A stretch of 63,924 bases of DNA, filler included, from Circinaria calcarea (taxonomy: Eukaryota): the NCBI GenBank assembly GCA_051942165.1. It is 3 parts of 3 records of this genome, joined end to end, with 100 filler letters (N's around TTAATTAATTAA, not from the genome) between each part and the next. Parts side by side here need not be neighbours in the genome. Positions count along the whole stretch, not along the records: positions 46,562 to 63,924 come from JAVECS010000271.1; 2 more parts are not named here. The stretch is one strand, 5' to 3'. Below the pieces are notes generated by a model, which saw nothing but the letters and a program-made list of their open reading frames with translations, was not told the origin of the DNA and did not search any database. The translations under genes and the position numbers were made by a program. Positions within the stretch are counted from its first letter, which is position 1, and each line of letters opens with the position of its first letter. This document shows positions 62,535-63,924 of this stretch, piece after piece.

Positions 62535-63924
62535 ATGGAAGATAAATACGCAACCCATCTTCCATCCAGTTCACCAACCTCTCCTTACTTTTTGCTACCT
62601 CCTTCAACCGCAGATGTCGTTGCTTTGGAGCTTGTACCCACCTCTAAGCACAACAGTGCTAGCTCTGATAACGCTCTACTCGTCCAATCCTTGACGGAAC
62701 ATCTACAAGCCCCAAAGGCGAAGACATTAGCGCAGCCAGGCATCACAGAAGAGTTTGACGCGCCTGATCTTCATTCGCCTTTGTCTTTACACGTTCGTGC
62801 TCACACACAAACACCACCAATCAGTACTACGAACTCTTCACGTAGCATAGCATCTACAGAAAGTAACCTCTCGGACGCTGTTGATAAGGAACCTGCACTA
62901 TTGTCATCAAACACGGCTTTGTTTTCAAACACAGTAAGTAACTCTGTAGAGTCTGCTGACCTTGAAGGAGGATCTCCACCTACTGACCAAGGTGTAAGGA
63001 CATTGATGTTCGTGACTTCATTACGCATCCAGTCTTGACAGCTGTAGGTGTCCCACAGGTATGCTCTTGTTCCGTGTTTCTCCCGTAACACTCTTGTTGC
63101 TCACTTGCTCTAGGAAACAGACAGTCCTTCTAGCAAAGCACCAAACTCTTTTGTGAGCTCCAAAAAAGAAGTAAGACATCTTAGAGACATTATATACCTT
63201 TTGCTAATATCTTCCAGGCTCAGCTCTTCTCTGTCGTGTCTCCTGAACCACAAGTCATAGAAAACATTGCCGAGATCCAGGTTAGCGTTTCTTTAATGTA
63301 TTCCAAATTATCATCGACGCTGACAGTCTTTTCTACCTAGCATAACCGTTCTCTTACAACATCCTCTTCGCGAAGATCATCTCTCGATTCGGTTCGGTCC
63401 ATCAGACCAGTATTCATCCCACAAGGACTTGGCAGTGTACACAGACGTGTATCAGGCTCGTCCATCAAATCAACATCGTCTGAAAAGCATCTGGCACTCC
63501 CTCGCTACTTAGGTTCCTACCACGGTAGCTGCGCATATTCTCGCTTGACTCGTGCGGCCTCCAGTCCAGCCGTTGTTTCTAACCGAGGCAACCTCCCTCG
63601 GAAGTCTTTTTCTTTGTCAAGGAGAGCTGAAAGTCACTTCCGAGCCTCTTCGCCGCTCTTGATCGATATTCAAGGTCCCATCGACTCGGAGATCGAATTC
63701 CCCGGAGATCATTTACACCAAGTGGTCGCCGCCTCCCCCGACCCGCCACACCTTCGGAAGACGCCCCTGTTCGTGCCCCGACACATCCAGCGTCGGCATA
63801 CTATGATGAATTCTTCCATGGAGGCTACCGCCTCCGATCAATCGATCCCCGAGGCGGACCTCGTCAGCGTTAGCGACTTTTTTCTTGAGGACAGTCGCTC
63901 CCCTCCCTCCCCCACCAATCCACC
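62535..63924 (+). CDS. Multi-exon Ser/Pro-rich hypothetical protein running off the window end
   Basis: ATG at 62535. Several GT..CTRAC-like..AG introns lie between 62994 and 63340. The frame from 63341 is open to the window end. No recognisable domain. Confidence 0.55.

Noticed and set aside
62992..63113. Nested twin intron (stwintron) interrupting a donor site
   Set aside because: Two-step excision would shift the frame into an early stop.
1..63924. Secondary-metabolite cluster, operon, prophage or CRISPR system
   Set aside because: No PKS, NRPS, terpene synthase, cas or phage genes; content is functionally unrelated eukaryotic housekeeping genes on three joined contigs.

Overview
This is a gene-dense, intron-rich window from a filamentous ascomycete (Pezizomycotina; a lichen-forming Lecanoromycete is plausible but is inference only). 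It is not prokaryotic, so the ORF track mostly shows exon fragments. Three segments are joined by artificial 100-nt spacers (N44-TTAATTAATTAA-N44 at 23202-23301 and 46462-46561). Recognisable genes in order: COQ4, PDCD5-like, SEC2, PRP21, PMT1, a small B12D/MLRQ-like protein, ERF2, ASH1-type SET methyltransferase, M20 amidohydrolase, CFT1 (3' partial), LMBRD1-like transporter, fumarate reductase-cytochrome b5 fusion, FAS1-domain protein, SIN3, myosin I, ELO-family elongase (3' partial), LEU2, APC10 and SWC5. Less conserved content: a Cys-rich zinc-ribbon-like ORF, a divergent protein kinase, a single-pass membrane protein, a solitary copia-like gag and two unassigned genes. The best leads are (1) an unusually long CFT1 intron with an open reading frame and poly(A)-type signals, a candidate autoregulatory switch, (2) recurring C-rich to G-rich skew switches with quasi-palindromic centres that ignore gene orientation, (3) a Leu3-type site enclosing a GATAA box upstream of LEU2, and (4) the stand-alone gag. 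No rRNA, tRNA or CRISPR array was seen. All exon structures were read by eye and need transcript confirmation.
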